From Eledone cirrhosa (taxonomy: Eukaryota), in NCBI GenBank assembly GCA_964016885.1, contig OZ024743.1, positions 323,826,001-323,890,000 on the forward strand: 64,000 bases of DNA, given 5' to 3'. Positions 36,146 through 48,538 of the stretch are shown one piece after another (positions within the stretch are counted from its first letter, which is position 1; every line of letters starts with the position of its first letter). A program made the translations under genes and the position numbers. The notes beneath the pieces were generated by a model. The model ran no database searches and was not told the origin of the DNA. It saw only the letters and a program-made list of their open reading frames with translations.

Positions 36146-38039
36146 CGCGTGTGTGTATCTTTATACCTCAATTACTCATGCAGATTCACGCACACACACA
36201 ACTTAGAAAAAGGAAATGTTACACATCTAGTATTCCTGTAGTTCTAAGTAACATTATGTTAATCAGTATATCAGAGATGTATTTACTACCCTGTTATGTT
36301 TCTCAATCAACCAATACTACCTACATGTTCTTTTTATCGATGAGGATGTTGAATATGTTAACAAATAATAACTTCAGGGGCTAATTGAACTAATAAAATA
36401 CATTATAAACCTATTAAGATGTGGTTAATGTATTTACCATACACAAACAACCACATACACTCATGTGTGTGCGTGTGTGTGTGATCATTTTATGTCTGTT
36501 TTTTCATGCATGTGTCATGCTGAATCTTCCTGAGGATTACTTTAAGGATACATATGCCTGTGGATTGCTCAGCTACTTATGTGCATATTTCATGAACATG
36601 TTGCTACAATTATCAAACAGCTGGAACACTCATCGTTGAAATCGATGGAGATCTATGATGAGTGTTCCAGTTGTTTTGATCAACAAAAACTGCTTGCTTG
36701 TGAAAGTGGCTGAGCAGTCCACAGACACTATCACTCTTACACATACTGTATTTGATGGCATAAGCCTCCCACCCTCTTCTTGTTTTAACAGGAAGAAGAA
36801 AAAAACCTTAGTCTACCAGATACCTCAACTTGACATATAAAACCTAGGTGATATTTTAAGCCATTTTTTGAGGGCAAAAGAGAAGGGGTTGTTATGAATA
36901 TTTAGCTCCTAGTTTATGTTTCTCAATCATCAAATAGAACCTAAACTTTCGATCAATGATAATGATGACTTCACTGACAATAAACTGACTTTGTATTGTA
37001 GAATTATTGATGTGGGGATAGTTTTAAAAAGTTTGCTATCGAAAGGGTTAAATATCATCAGCATCATCATCATCGTTTTTATGTCCTTTCCAATACTAGC
37101 ATAGTTTGGATGGGATATTTTGAGATGTTTTACAGATGGATGTTCTTACTGATACCAACCCTTTTAGTCAGCTCATACGACATGCAGCGCTATGGCACAC
37201 CTATTCTAAAGACTGGGATACACATATGTGCACACACACACATATATATATATATACACACATACATGCTGTAAAAGTGTTGGCATTAGGAAGGGCCATA
37301 CCTAGTCAAAGTCAAGCCCCAAGTGGAGCACATGAGGTAATTGCCTGACCAGTTTAGCCTCAGTATGTGACAACCCATCTAGCCCATGCAAACATGGAAA
37401 ACAGTCATTAAAGGATGATGATGATGATGAGGATGATGATAAGCAAACAAAATAGAGTTGTTGCCAAGTTGATAAAATCAGACTTGAAGGGAAATAAATT
37501 ATAGATTTTTTTTACAATGAAAATGTAATTTTACCTCCTTATCTAAGATTTCTATGTATGATGATTATGATAATGGTGGCGGTAATGTTGTGATGGTAGC
37601 ATGGTGTAAAATGTATTTCTTAAATTTATTTACCTCTCTAATTGTTTACATTGTGACACAAATGACAAATGTGAATACCCCCCCCCCCCTACTTCCACAA
37701 AAAAAACAAGCAATTAAATCAAAGTTATTAAACACTCTGGAGTTTCTTCTTTATTCTGTATTTTAAATTGAAACAAATGATATCTAACCTTAATGCTAAC
37801 CATAAACCATAAATCTGACTGTAACTCTAAACCTTAACACTAATACTAATCCCTAAATACTTCTACCAAAATGTATGCCTAATCATAAACTCCTAATTCT
37901 AACCAAACCTAACCCTTAAACTCTAACCTTAATGCTACCCCTGACACTAACCCTAATTCATATATTTGTTTCAATTTGAAATGCAGGATTATAACAGAGT
38001 GCCAACATTAATTACTACTGGTGCCGTATGAAATCGAAA

Positions 38040-38350
38040 GTTGACTTAAAATCTGTCTAAAGCCCTGAGGGTCATCAGGTTAAAGATGGTTTCATGTGGT
38101 GTCAACTGACAAGAGGGTTATCAAGCCTGAGCTCACACTGGTTTCATGTAGTGTTAAGTGACTGAGTACAGATGATTCCTCCTGGATAGGATGCCAGGGT
38201 TAACTTCTAGCTGCTACTGGTACTTGTTTCTCAGCTGAGAGAACTGGAGCAACTTGATGTGAAGTGTCTTGCTCAAGGACACAATGTACTGATCAAACCA
38301 GACTTATGACCTTACAATTGTGAGCTTAACACCCTAACCACAAGGTTAAA
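38040..38350 (-). mobile_element. tRNA-derived SINE family B
   Basis: Minus strand GTGGTTAGGGTGTT head, CCTTGAGCAAGACACTT...TTGCTCCAG core; tail motif duplicated. Other copies near 3163, 14420, 20155, 29030, 39700, 48640, 62547. Confidence 0.7.
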
Positions 38351-40386
38351 TGATCCAACTTAAATCCTGTTTGAGGCAACTCAGGTCAGCTTAAGGTTAA
38401 ATAGATGCTCTGGGTGTACTGAGGATGACTGGAAGCTAAAAAACGTTTAACCATTGACACACTATAGGACTATACATGGCAGCAAATTGGCAGTTGTTAG
38501 AGTGTAGGACAAAATGCCTTGCTGTATTTGTTCATTCTGTTGCTATCATTCTAGCTATAACTCCCTTTTGAGGATGCCTTCTTTCCTCATCCCCTGTCAT
38601 CTCAGAGGCTCTGGGTAAAAAAAACAGTAAAAAAAAAATCAGTTTTCAAAGAGTACTTCAGTTAAAGCATGCCTTTATCCTCACATGAAAACAAAGATAA
38701 ATATAAAGAATGGAAGATTCAGGTTTTTTTCTTATTTGGCCCGTATCATTTATTTTCAAGACAGTTGTAGTCAAGTTACCTTCTATTACTATCAATATTA
38801 TTCAGAAATAAATAAATATAAAAGACTGCTTTGTTACACACACTATATATATATATATATACATACACACACACACATACATATATATACACAAACATAT
38901 ATACACATACATATACATATATATATACACATACATATACATATATATATACACATACATATATACACATACATATACATATATATATATATACACATAC
39001 ATATACATATATATATACACATACATATATATATATACATATAAACATACACATACCTACACACACACACAAACATACACACACACACACACACATATAT
39101 ATAAACATACACACATATAAACATACACACACATATATATATATATGTATGTGTGTCTGTGTGTGTAACAAAACAAAAGTCTTTTATTCATTACAGCTTG
39201 TAAAGGGAGAAACACTTAATAACTTGGCAATGAAATGATAATTTCTTCTCACAGGAAATGTTTAACAAGTTCTATTGATGGAGTAAAGTTGTGAGGAAGA
39301 ATTCTCACTCCTCCCTGCCACCAGATTATCTCCAGATAAACCTTTTAATAAGAGGGAATCTCTGAATCCCTTTCTCCTGACTCAACCTCGCCAACATAAT
39401 TACAAAATTATCTGAATTCTTGCTTTGGTGGAACCATTATAAAACGTCACAAATGGCTGAAAGAGATAAAGCTTCATTCACAGAGCAGATGTTGCTTCTT
39501 TTCATTGATTCTTCCGCTAGGGATTTCCTTAACCATGTGTCCTTAATTTAAGTGTTTCTAACAGAACAAAATATGACTCTCTGCTATCAGTTTTGGATTG
39601 TTAACCTGTTACCAATTGCTGTTTCCTAACATATCTTCCTGATGGCTTAAATTTATGTGTTAAAAGCTAACAATACTGATTTAGAATTGATCACCAACAG
39701 CATGGCTTAGTGGATACAGTGTTAAGTTTATGATTGTAATGCCTCAAATTTGATCCCTAGGCCTGGTGGTGAGTTGAGGAAAACATTTCATTCCATGTTG
39801 TTCCAGTTAACTCATTTGAAAATGAGTACCAAGTGTAACAAGTGGTTAACCTTGCAATGGACTGGTGCCCTATCCAGGGAATACTTTGTTCTCTCGGTTG
39901 AAATTTCCCAAACTTAACCCATAACTCTAACAATCAACCTTAGACTTCACTGTTTAAGTATGGGTGCTTCACATCAATGAAATACTGGAGTAAAAACAAA
40001 GAAAAGTGAAGTACTATACTGGCTTTCTCCCCCAAAATCATGGATGTCACTTACTATGCTTGTTTTTGTCTGAATAAGTCTAACTGATCATCTTCGTCAC
40101 ACATTGTTTGACTTAAATGTTGAACATTTAATTATATACCTATTATGTCCTCACCATGTAAGTTCTGTTTTGTTTCTATCTTATAAAATACTGCAGGACA
40201 CTGTTTAATTATCTTGTTAGATGCCATGGCCCTTGAATGAACCAGCAGTACTGGTGGTACTGAAACAGCGGTCGGTGACTTCTCTCTTGCTTCTGCTGGA
40301 ATTCAGTAGGTGGCGCCAACCACCACCTTTTAAATTCATAGGTAAAGGCTTTCAAATGTTTATTCATAAACATATCGTATATCATT

Positions 40387-40444
<58 letters not shown>

Positions 40445-40709
40445 TAATCTTCATCATCATTATTTTACATTTGGTTTTCACACTGGCACAAGTTCCCATG
40501 GTCTGAAACCAGAGGAGTTCAAGTGACTTCATTTTGCTAGTGTTATGTTCTGTATTTGGCATGGTTACTATGGATGAATGCACTTTACAGGGTGTACTGG
40601 GTGCATTTTATTGTCATACAAATACTAGAGAGGTTGTTACACTCTTGGCCAGACTGCAGAATCTTCTCAAACCCTACATTGTCTCCCTTCAACTGCCAAA
40701 CAATCTAGC

Positions 40710-40757
<48 letters not shown>

Positions 40758-40758
<1 letters not shown>

Positions 40759-41091
40759 ATGTGTGTGAATGACCAAGCATAGATGAGTTGAGAGAGAAAC
40801 TGTGTATAAGAGGAATAAGTTATAAGTTGTGGTGTGCGGGAGAGAAGACTGCGATGGTATGGACACGTGATGCGCATGGAGGATGACCGCTGGGTAAAGA
40901 AGTGTCAAGAAATCCCAGTAGAAGGAAGATGCAGTAGAGGAAGACCGCGAAAAACATGGGCATAGGTCGTGAGAGCAGGCCTCAGATCGATGAAGCTCAC
41001 GGAGGATATGACGAAGGACAAGTGGAGAGATGCTGTGCTAAATAGGACCCACCCCACCCTTACAAGCAGGGAAAAGCAGACGTAAAATGAT

Positions 41092-41093
<2 letters not shown>
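40758..41093 (+). mobile_element. RTE 3' fragment, short-tail subfamily
   Basis: GVRERRLRWYGHVMRMEDDRWVKKCQEIPVEGRCSRGRPRKTW; tail CCCTTACAAGCAGGGAAAAGCAGACGTAAAATGATGAT directly after the ORF end. Confidence 0.85.
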
Positions 41094-41126
<33 letters not shown>

Positions 41127-41328
41127 TTGTTCTTAAAATGTCCTCAATAACCTTTCACATTTATTTATCTATTTATTTATTTCAAAAGGAATTCATACCA
41201 TACATACCTTATTATTGTGAGGAATTACAACCTATATATATGAGTTAGGATTTCCTCTACCTGACTTTAGTGACTGTATTGGTGTAGTTCTTTTTTGTTG
41301 GAACACAGACAAAATGTGAATGACGAAA

Positions 41329-41365
41329 ACTTACCTGGAAAAAATAAAAAAACACAATTCATTAA
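41329..41365 (-). other. Candidate recursive splice site (juxtaposed 3' and 5' splice sites)
   Basis: Minus strand gaattgtgtttttttattttttcCAG|GTAAGT, junction 41335/41334. Confidence 0.5.
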
Positions 41366-41554
41366 ATAAGAGGAAATTATGAAAAAACAAATAAACTAAA
41401 ACAAATATATATAAAAATAAAAGCCAAATAAATAATATCCTGTAAAGGAAACAGTTGAGAAATAAATCCCATGAAGGTAGGGGAATTATTCAAGGGAATT
41501 GGTGGACTATAATATTAGGTTACAAGAAATACAGCAGGGTTGATCCTTTTTGAC

Positions 41555-41990
41555 AGGTATGGCAGTATTGTTAAGGAGTTTGTTTCACAACCACATAGTT
41601 CTGGGTTCACGCCCACTGTATGGTACCTTGAGCAAATGGCTTCTACAATAGCTTTGGGTTGACCAATGCAAGTGGAATGTGGTAAACAAAAACTGCAGAC
41701 ACACCCATACTATTTGTGTATGCATGTATGTGTGTGGGTGCGCACATGTGTGTGTGTATGTCTGTGTGTGTACATGTGTGTGTGCATGCCTGTGTGTGAG
41801 AGACCATGTCTATATTTATGTTCCCTAATTTGGCAGTTTGACAAAAAAAAAAAGAAAGAAAGATTATCAGTAAAATAAGCACCAGGCTTGATATGACCAG
41901 GGTAGATATGACCAACTAAAATCCTTTTAAGGCAGTGGCCCCAGCATGGCCACAGTCCAATAACTAAAACCAGTAAAATAATAAGAGAAA
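41555..41990 (+). mobile_element. tRNA-derived SINE family C with internal (GT)n and CR1-type tail
   Basis: GGGTTCACGCCC B box; tail GGCAGTGGCCCCAGCATGGC...AAACCAGTAAAA matches the 3' end of the CR1 at 46198-46240. Partial copies near 57950 and 60335. Confidence 0.7.
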
Positions 41991-43724
41991 TAATAGAAAC
42001 TATACATCATGTGAGAGGAGGAAATTATTCAAAGAAATAAAGAAATTAGTGAACAATAATATTAGGTTACAAGAAATAGAAAAAGAGTCAATCCTTTCTG
42101 ACAAACCCTATATTTTTGTTTGTTTAAGTTACACGTGAAAGGGTTCAGTTTTAGGTGAACGATTTTCAGATGCGGAAGTCAGGAGAAGACAAATCATGGT
42201 AGAAATATTCAAAGTAATTTTCTCTCTGCTTTGTGTAAAAAAAAAATAATGTCAAAATGTTATTAACTTCCAATAGCAACTCATCCCAAATTTACTGGTA
42301 TTTAGTTGTTTGTTTTATAATAGAGGGGAGATTCTGTGAGGTCAATAAGTGCAAAATACAGATATCTTGGTCAGGTCACCTCTAAAAGTTAAAAATAGTA
42401 CTGTAAAATCAGTTGTTCACATTTGAGGAATGCAATTTTGTTGTTTTTTTGTTGTTGTTTTTTTTTTGTATTTCAAGATGATTGATGTGAAATTAGATGT
42501 TAATACAGATATTGTTGTATTTTGGGTGGGTCATGTTTGCAGTTAAACACGTGCACTGTTGAGTTTCACATTAGAAAAACATTCTTGAAAAGTAAAAAAC
42601 ACCATTATGATTGTATTATATTAAAAATTAAAGCCTTTACTTCAAATTTTCAGAATGATCTGTCTACCAGTAAAGATACTATAAACATTTGAATTAACAC
42701 ACCATTTTTTAGACATTTTTAGCTAAATCATTACAGAATATTAAGAGGATATTAAAAGTTAAGATTTATTCTATACTTTGTCTGTCGGTCTGCTATTTTT
42801 TGTTGTTTATTTTATTGTTTAACTCTTTACGATATTTCTTATGAAAAACTCCCAGTGATTTTCAAATAACTTTGAAGATAATATTGAGAATTTTGAAGGA
42901 TTTGGAATATAACTTAAAGGTTCTTACATAAAATTATGGTGGAAGGTTTTTAGATAAATATAAACACTTTTGTGTTTATTACAGAACCTGAAGCAGTTTC
43001 GGGTGGTTTTGTAATCAGGGAGAGAAGAGCAGCAGTACCTCTGACACTCTTCAGGGCCCTCAACACTGATGGAAGGAAAGATGAAGGAATGAGAGAGGTA
43101 TCTTTAAACTTGAGCTGTTGTTTGAATGCTTGCAATGAGTAGGCTCTGCTAAAGTTGAAAGGTTACATGGTGGGGTGGTGGTGGTATTCATTCTGAATGT
43201 CTGTAGTTTGAGTTCAAATCACACTGAGGCTAACTTTGCCTTTCATCTATCCAGGGTCGATAAAGTACAAATTAGTGGTGGTGGAGGTGACAGAAAATCG
43301 GCAGAGTTGTTAGGGTGTCAGATAGAATGCCTTGAACTATTCATTCCAGTTGTCTGTGCTCGGAGTTCAACTACTGGTAAGGCCAGCTTTGCCTTTCATC
43401 CTATAACCCTTTTATTACTATATTTAAATGAAAGACACTGCCTGTAATTTTAGAATAATTAAGAATTTGGAGCAATTTAGTAACACAACTAACTCTCTCA
43501 TTATTAGATTCATGTTTGGAACTTAAAAAAAGTCCTTATATAAAATTATGGTGAAAGGTTTTTAGATATATATAAACACCTTGTATAATAGAACCAGGGT
43601 AAGTTTCAGGTGGTCAATAGCAAAAATGTTAGGAGGTTGAAACAAAACAAGATTTTCTCCCCACTCCCACTAAATCCAACCTACATATTAATGTCCAGAA
43701 TGTTATCTAATGGATGCAAATAAA

Positions 43725-44115
43725 ATGTTCAGCTCATGTTTAGCTGGCCTCACACGAAGTTGTATTTCATAGGAGGTTTCTTGTGTATTCTATCGTTAGG
43801 GGCCTTCATCCAATCATACACACATGTATATTATTGTTACAGCTCACACCTATGCAGGTTTAGCTGAATCATACAAGGTTGCATTTCATAGGAGGTTTCT
43901 TGGATGTTTTAACATTAGGAGCCCTACTCCTATCAGACACATACATATTGTTACAGCTCACACCTATGAAGATTTAGCTTGGCTACAAATGAGGTTGCAT
44001 TTCATAAAAGGTTTCTTGGGTGCTTTTACATTAGGGGCCCCAGTCTTATTATACATACACACACACATGTATATTGTTGTTACAGCTCACACACATGCAG
44101 GTTTAACTGGCCTTG
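43725..44115. repeat. Diverged ~110-130 bp tandem repeat, ~3.5 copies
   Basis: ACAGCTCACACCTATG..TTTAGCT..GTTGCATTTCATAGGAGGTTTCTTGG recurs; single related copies near 28935 and 14660 (reverse). Confidence 0.75.
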
Positions 44116-44770
44116 TATGATTCATAGCCAATGACTAATATATGACTGGGAACAATAAACAGCCAAACCTAATATATTCAAATGATTTCAAATTAAATCA
44201 AGGTAACATGAAGGGATTTTATTATTATTATCATCATCATTTATTTACTTACTGTTCTTTAACGAAATAATAATGTCTTATAAAGCAACAGGAGTGTAAA
44301 ACACACACAAAAAAAAGTTGGGGAAGGAAAGAATTTAAAAAATAAAGGAAAATAATCTTTACATACACTTTATATACACACACATAGTATATGTATACAC
44401 AATATATACACAAATATATAGCAAATGCATGAAAATAATCAGTGGAAAGCGAAAGTAGAAAGTGAAAGTAGAAATGATAAAAATAAATTAAAAAGATCTA
44501 TGAAAGAGAAACTGTGACAAATAGAGGAATGGTGTAACCCTGTCAAGCCTGGCAATGGCAGCGACAACAGTTGCTAGATCTGCAGGAATTCAATGCCATA
44601 GAAAGGAACTGGAGCAGATATGCTATTAGATATTTATATTAGCCAGGATGACTCATGTTTTCAAATTGCTAATATTTAATCCAATTCAGATTAAGAGAAA
44701 CTGAAATTCTGTTATTCTTTCTTCCAGAACAGAACAAAATTTACTAATTCCAATCACTGCCATATACATG

Positions 44771-44799
<29 letters not shown>

Positions 44800-44801
<2 letters not shown>

Positions 44802-46050
44802 CATAGCTGAATCTATGGTAGAACTAGAGAATAAATTCCAAACCTGGAAGCAGGGACTAGAGAGAAAGGGCCTCAAAGTCAACATGACAAAGACTAAGGT
44901 CCTTATAAGTAGACGAGAAAACAGAACCCAGATCCCCTCAGGGAAATGGCCTTGCTCAGTATGTAGGAAAGGTGTAGGTAGGAACTCCATTCTTTGCCCC
45001 AAATGCAAACAATGGGTACACAAGAGATGTAGCGGGATCTCAGGAAGCTTAATTAAGAATGTAGGATTCACATGCAGCAGCTGTGCTGAAACAGCAAGCA
45101 AACAGCCACAGGAAACAAGTACCACCAATCTCTGGGAGGGCCCTGTAGAAACAGTAGACAGCTTCTGCTACCTAGGTGACCGAATTAGCAACGGAGGTGG
45201 GTGCTCAGAAAGTACAATAACTAGGGTAAGAACGGGATGGAAGAAGTTTAGGGAACTACTACCACTGCTAGCTGCAAAAGGCTTCTCCCTCAGAATGAAA
45301 GGCAGACTGTATGATGCGTGTATCCGAACAGCGATGTTGCATGGTAGTGAGACCTGGGCGCTGAAGGTGGAAGACCTACGTAGATTAGAGAGAAACGAAG
45401 CCTGCATGCTCCGATGGATGTGTAACAGTAATATACGTGAACGACAAAGCATAAATGAATTGAGAGAGAGACTGAGCATAAGAGGAATCAAATGCTGCGT
45501 GCAGGAGAGGCGGTTACGCTGGTATGGACATGTGATGCGTATGAAGGGTGACAGCTGCATAAAAAGGTGCAGAGCACTAGAAGTTGATGGAAACCGCGGA
45601 GTGGGGAGACCCAAGATGACTTGGGATGAGGTGATAAAAGCCGACCTTACCCAACTACACCTCTCAAAGTCAATGACACACGACCGTGACTTCTGGCGTC
45701 ACGCAGTAATACAGGGTACCCGACCTCCCATGGGTACATGCTGAAGCATATAAACAATATGCCCCCCCCCCCCCCCACCGCAAGGTGGTCGTGGAGGTGC
45801 CACGGCAAAAAAGCACCCAGCCCACACTGTAAAGTGGACGTGTAGGCGCCACGAAAAAGCACCCAGCACTCACTGTAAATGAGGTTGGTGTTAGGAAGGG
45901 CATCCAGCTGTAGAAATCAAGCCAGATCAGTTCCTGTATGAGCAAGGCATGGTCAGCCGACCAGACACTGCCCACAACAGGACAACCCGTCTAACCCATG
46001 CTAGCGTGGAAGAACGGACGTAAAACGGTGATGATGATGATGATGATGAT
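44800..46050 (+). mobile_element. 5'-truncated RTE LINE, uninterrupted 309-aa ORF with PHD-like finger, long 3' region, (GAT)n tail
   Basis: IAESMVEL..GLKVNMTKTKVL..VDSFCYLGD..MLHGSETW..ERRLRWYGHV..GRPKMTW; begins just after where the RT YADD motif would lie. Confidence 0.92.
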
Positions 46051-46147
46051 CCATATACATGCATACACATATATATCCATATACATGCATACATATATAT
46101 ATATATATCCATAAACATGCATATATATATATATATATCCATAAACA

Positions 46148-46184
<37 letters not shown>

Positions 46185-46197
46185 ATGCATATATATA

Positions 46198-46938
46198 CTC
46201 TTTTACTCTTTTACCTGTTTCAGCCATGCTGGGGCACCGCCCTTGTTGCTACACATTTTATCTCCAGCCTGTATAGGTTGGCCACTGGTGTAGGAGGAAG
46301 TTTGTTGCTGCTGCCCTTAGGTTTCCCTCGTGTCTTGCTGTGGGCTCATCCGGGATCCTGGATAACAAGGTGTCGAGATGTTTCTTAAAGACATCCACCT
46401 CCACGTCATGCAAGTCTCGCAGATGCCTCGGCAGACTGTTGAAGAGTTGAGGGCCCTTGAATCCCAGGCTATTGCAATACCTGCTCCTTATTCTAGATGT
46501 GGAAGACGGGACCTTTGGCACCACACAGTGACGTCCTGTTCGACGGTTGGTCCCAATGCCAAAGTTTGGTGCTAGTCCCTCCAGGATTTTCCACATGTAG
46601 ATCACTGCGTATCTCTCCTGTCTTCGCTCCAAGGAGTAGAGGTTCAGTTCCTTTAGCCTCTCCCAGTAGCTTGTCTCCCTCATCTTGGCAATCCTCTTGG
46701 TGTAGCTTCGCTGGATTGCCTCAAGCTCCGTGGTTAGTTTGACACTATGGGGTGACCACAGCTGGGAGCAGTAGTCCAGGCGGCTTAGGACAAAAGTCCT
46801 CCACAGTGTCAACATGGTGTCTCGATCTCTTGTAAGGAAAGTCCTCAAGATCCAGCCAGCGAATCGTCTACATGTTCTCGCCACCTTCATGATGTGTGAA
46901 GAAAAAGATGCATCATCGCTCATGTCTATGCCCAGGTC
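46198..46938 (-). mobile_element. 5'-truncated CR1-group LINE
   Basis: [64 protein letters not shown]; (TAAAAGAG)2 tail. The N-terminal ~210 aa of ORF 46258-47565 are microsatellite. Confidence 0.9.
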
Positions 46939-47195
46939 ATATATATATATATATCCATATACATGCATATATATATATATATCCATATACATGCATATAT
47001 ATATATATCCATATACATGCATATATATATATATATATATATCCATCCATATACATGCATATATATATATATATATATATCCATCCATCCATATACATGC
47101 ATATATATATATATATATATATCCATATACATGCATATATATATATATATATATATATCTATCCATATACATGCATATATATATATCCATATACA

Positions 47196-47230
<35 letters not shown>

Positions 47231-47566
47231 ATATACATGCATATATATATATATATATATCCATATACATGCATATATATATATATATATATATAATATA
47301 TATATATATATCCATATACATGCATATATATATATATATATATCCATATATATCCATATATATGCATATATATATATATATCCATATACATGCATACATA
47401 TATATATCCATATACATGCATACATATATATATCCATATACATGCATACATATATATATATATCCATATACATGCATACATATATATATATATATATATC
47501 CATATACATGCATACATATATATATATCCATATACATGCATACATATATATATATCCATATACATG

Positions 47567-47608
<42 letters not shown>
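46939..47608. repeat. Compound repeat CCATATACATGC-(AT)n
   Basis: 12-bp core separated by variable (AT)n; the same array also lies at 46051-46197, on the other side of the CR1. Confidence 0.9.
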
Positions 47609-47613
<5 letters not shown>

Positions 47614-47652
47614 GATAACTCATGCTAGCGTGGAAGAACGGACGTAAAACGG

Positions 47653-47699
<47 letters not shown>

Positions 47700-47998
47700 A
47701 TTGATGATATAAACACATCATCATCATTGTCATTTATCATTCATTTCTAACAACTCAGCCTATCCACATCAGCAGTAGTAATAATGCTTTCTGATTTAGG
47801 CACAATGCCAGTAATTTGGGGAGAGGGGAAAGTCGATTAAATCGACCCCAGTACGTTACTGGTGCTTTATTTTATCGGCCCTGTAAAGATGAAAGGTAAA
47901 GCTAACCTCGGCAGGATTTAAACTCTGACCGTAAAGGGACGTAATTCTATGCTGTGAAGCATGGTATCCAATGCTCTATCAATACTGCCAATCCCCTC

Positions 47999-48035
<37 letters not shown>

Positions 48036-48331
48036 ATAATAATAATAACCTATTTGAAAATAAAACAATGAAATCAATGCAACGAAAGCTCTCCTGACCA
48101 GACATTTTAAGCAGATGTTAGCAAAACATCTATAAACATATATGGATTTAAAACAATATATATCCCTATATATTCTACAAACCTATGTAGATATGAATTG
48201 TCTTGTGTATTTAAATAAGAAGCAGCTGTGACTTGCTTAGGCTCCTCAATCAATTCTAAGTACATTTAGGAAAGAAGAAATAGGTTATGTTCCACACCTG
48301 CCACTTCACAAATTTCATAAGTAGCCATTAA

Positions 48332-48538
48332 CCCTTTAAGCATTTAAACCGGCCGTATCCAGCCAGAATTCTCTCACGTCTTTCTGTTCAAACCGGCTGT
48401 AACTGGTCACCCATACTGATATTAAGGTAGTGTTCTCAAAATTAATAATATCAAAATCTCATAGATTCGATATTATGTGAGATAAAGCCTTTACTGAGAA
48501 AATACAATAGTAAATATAGAGTAATGTAAATGCTAAAG
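48332..48538. mobile_element. piggyBac-type MITE family 1
   Basis: TTAA|CCCTTTAAGCATTTA...TAAATGCTAAAG (right end clipped). Confidence 0.7.

Noticed and set aside
38413-38452. Sixth hammerhead (CTGAGGA...AAACGTTT)
   Set aside because: GAAA core lacks its G and stem II barely pairs; at best a relic.
39240-39600. Possible promoter or enhancer (TATAAAA, TGACTCA, ACGTCA)
   Set aside because: Short motifs are expected by chance in AT-rich DNA and no transcript evidence is available.
46939-47608. Repeat-spacer array and long Y/I/M/H-rich ORFs
   Set aside because: Spacers are only (AT)n; the ORFs are translations of stop-free microsatellite.
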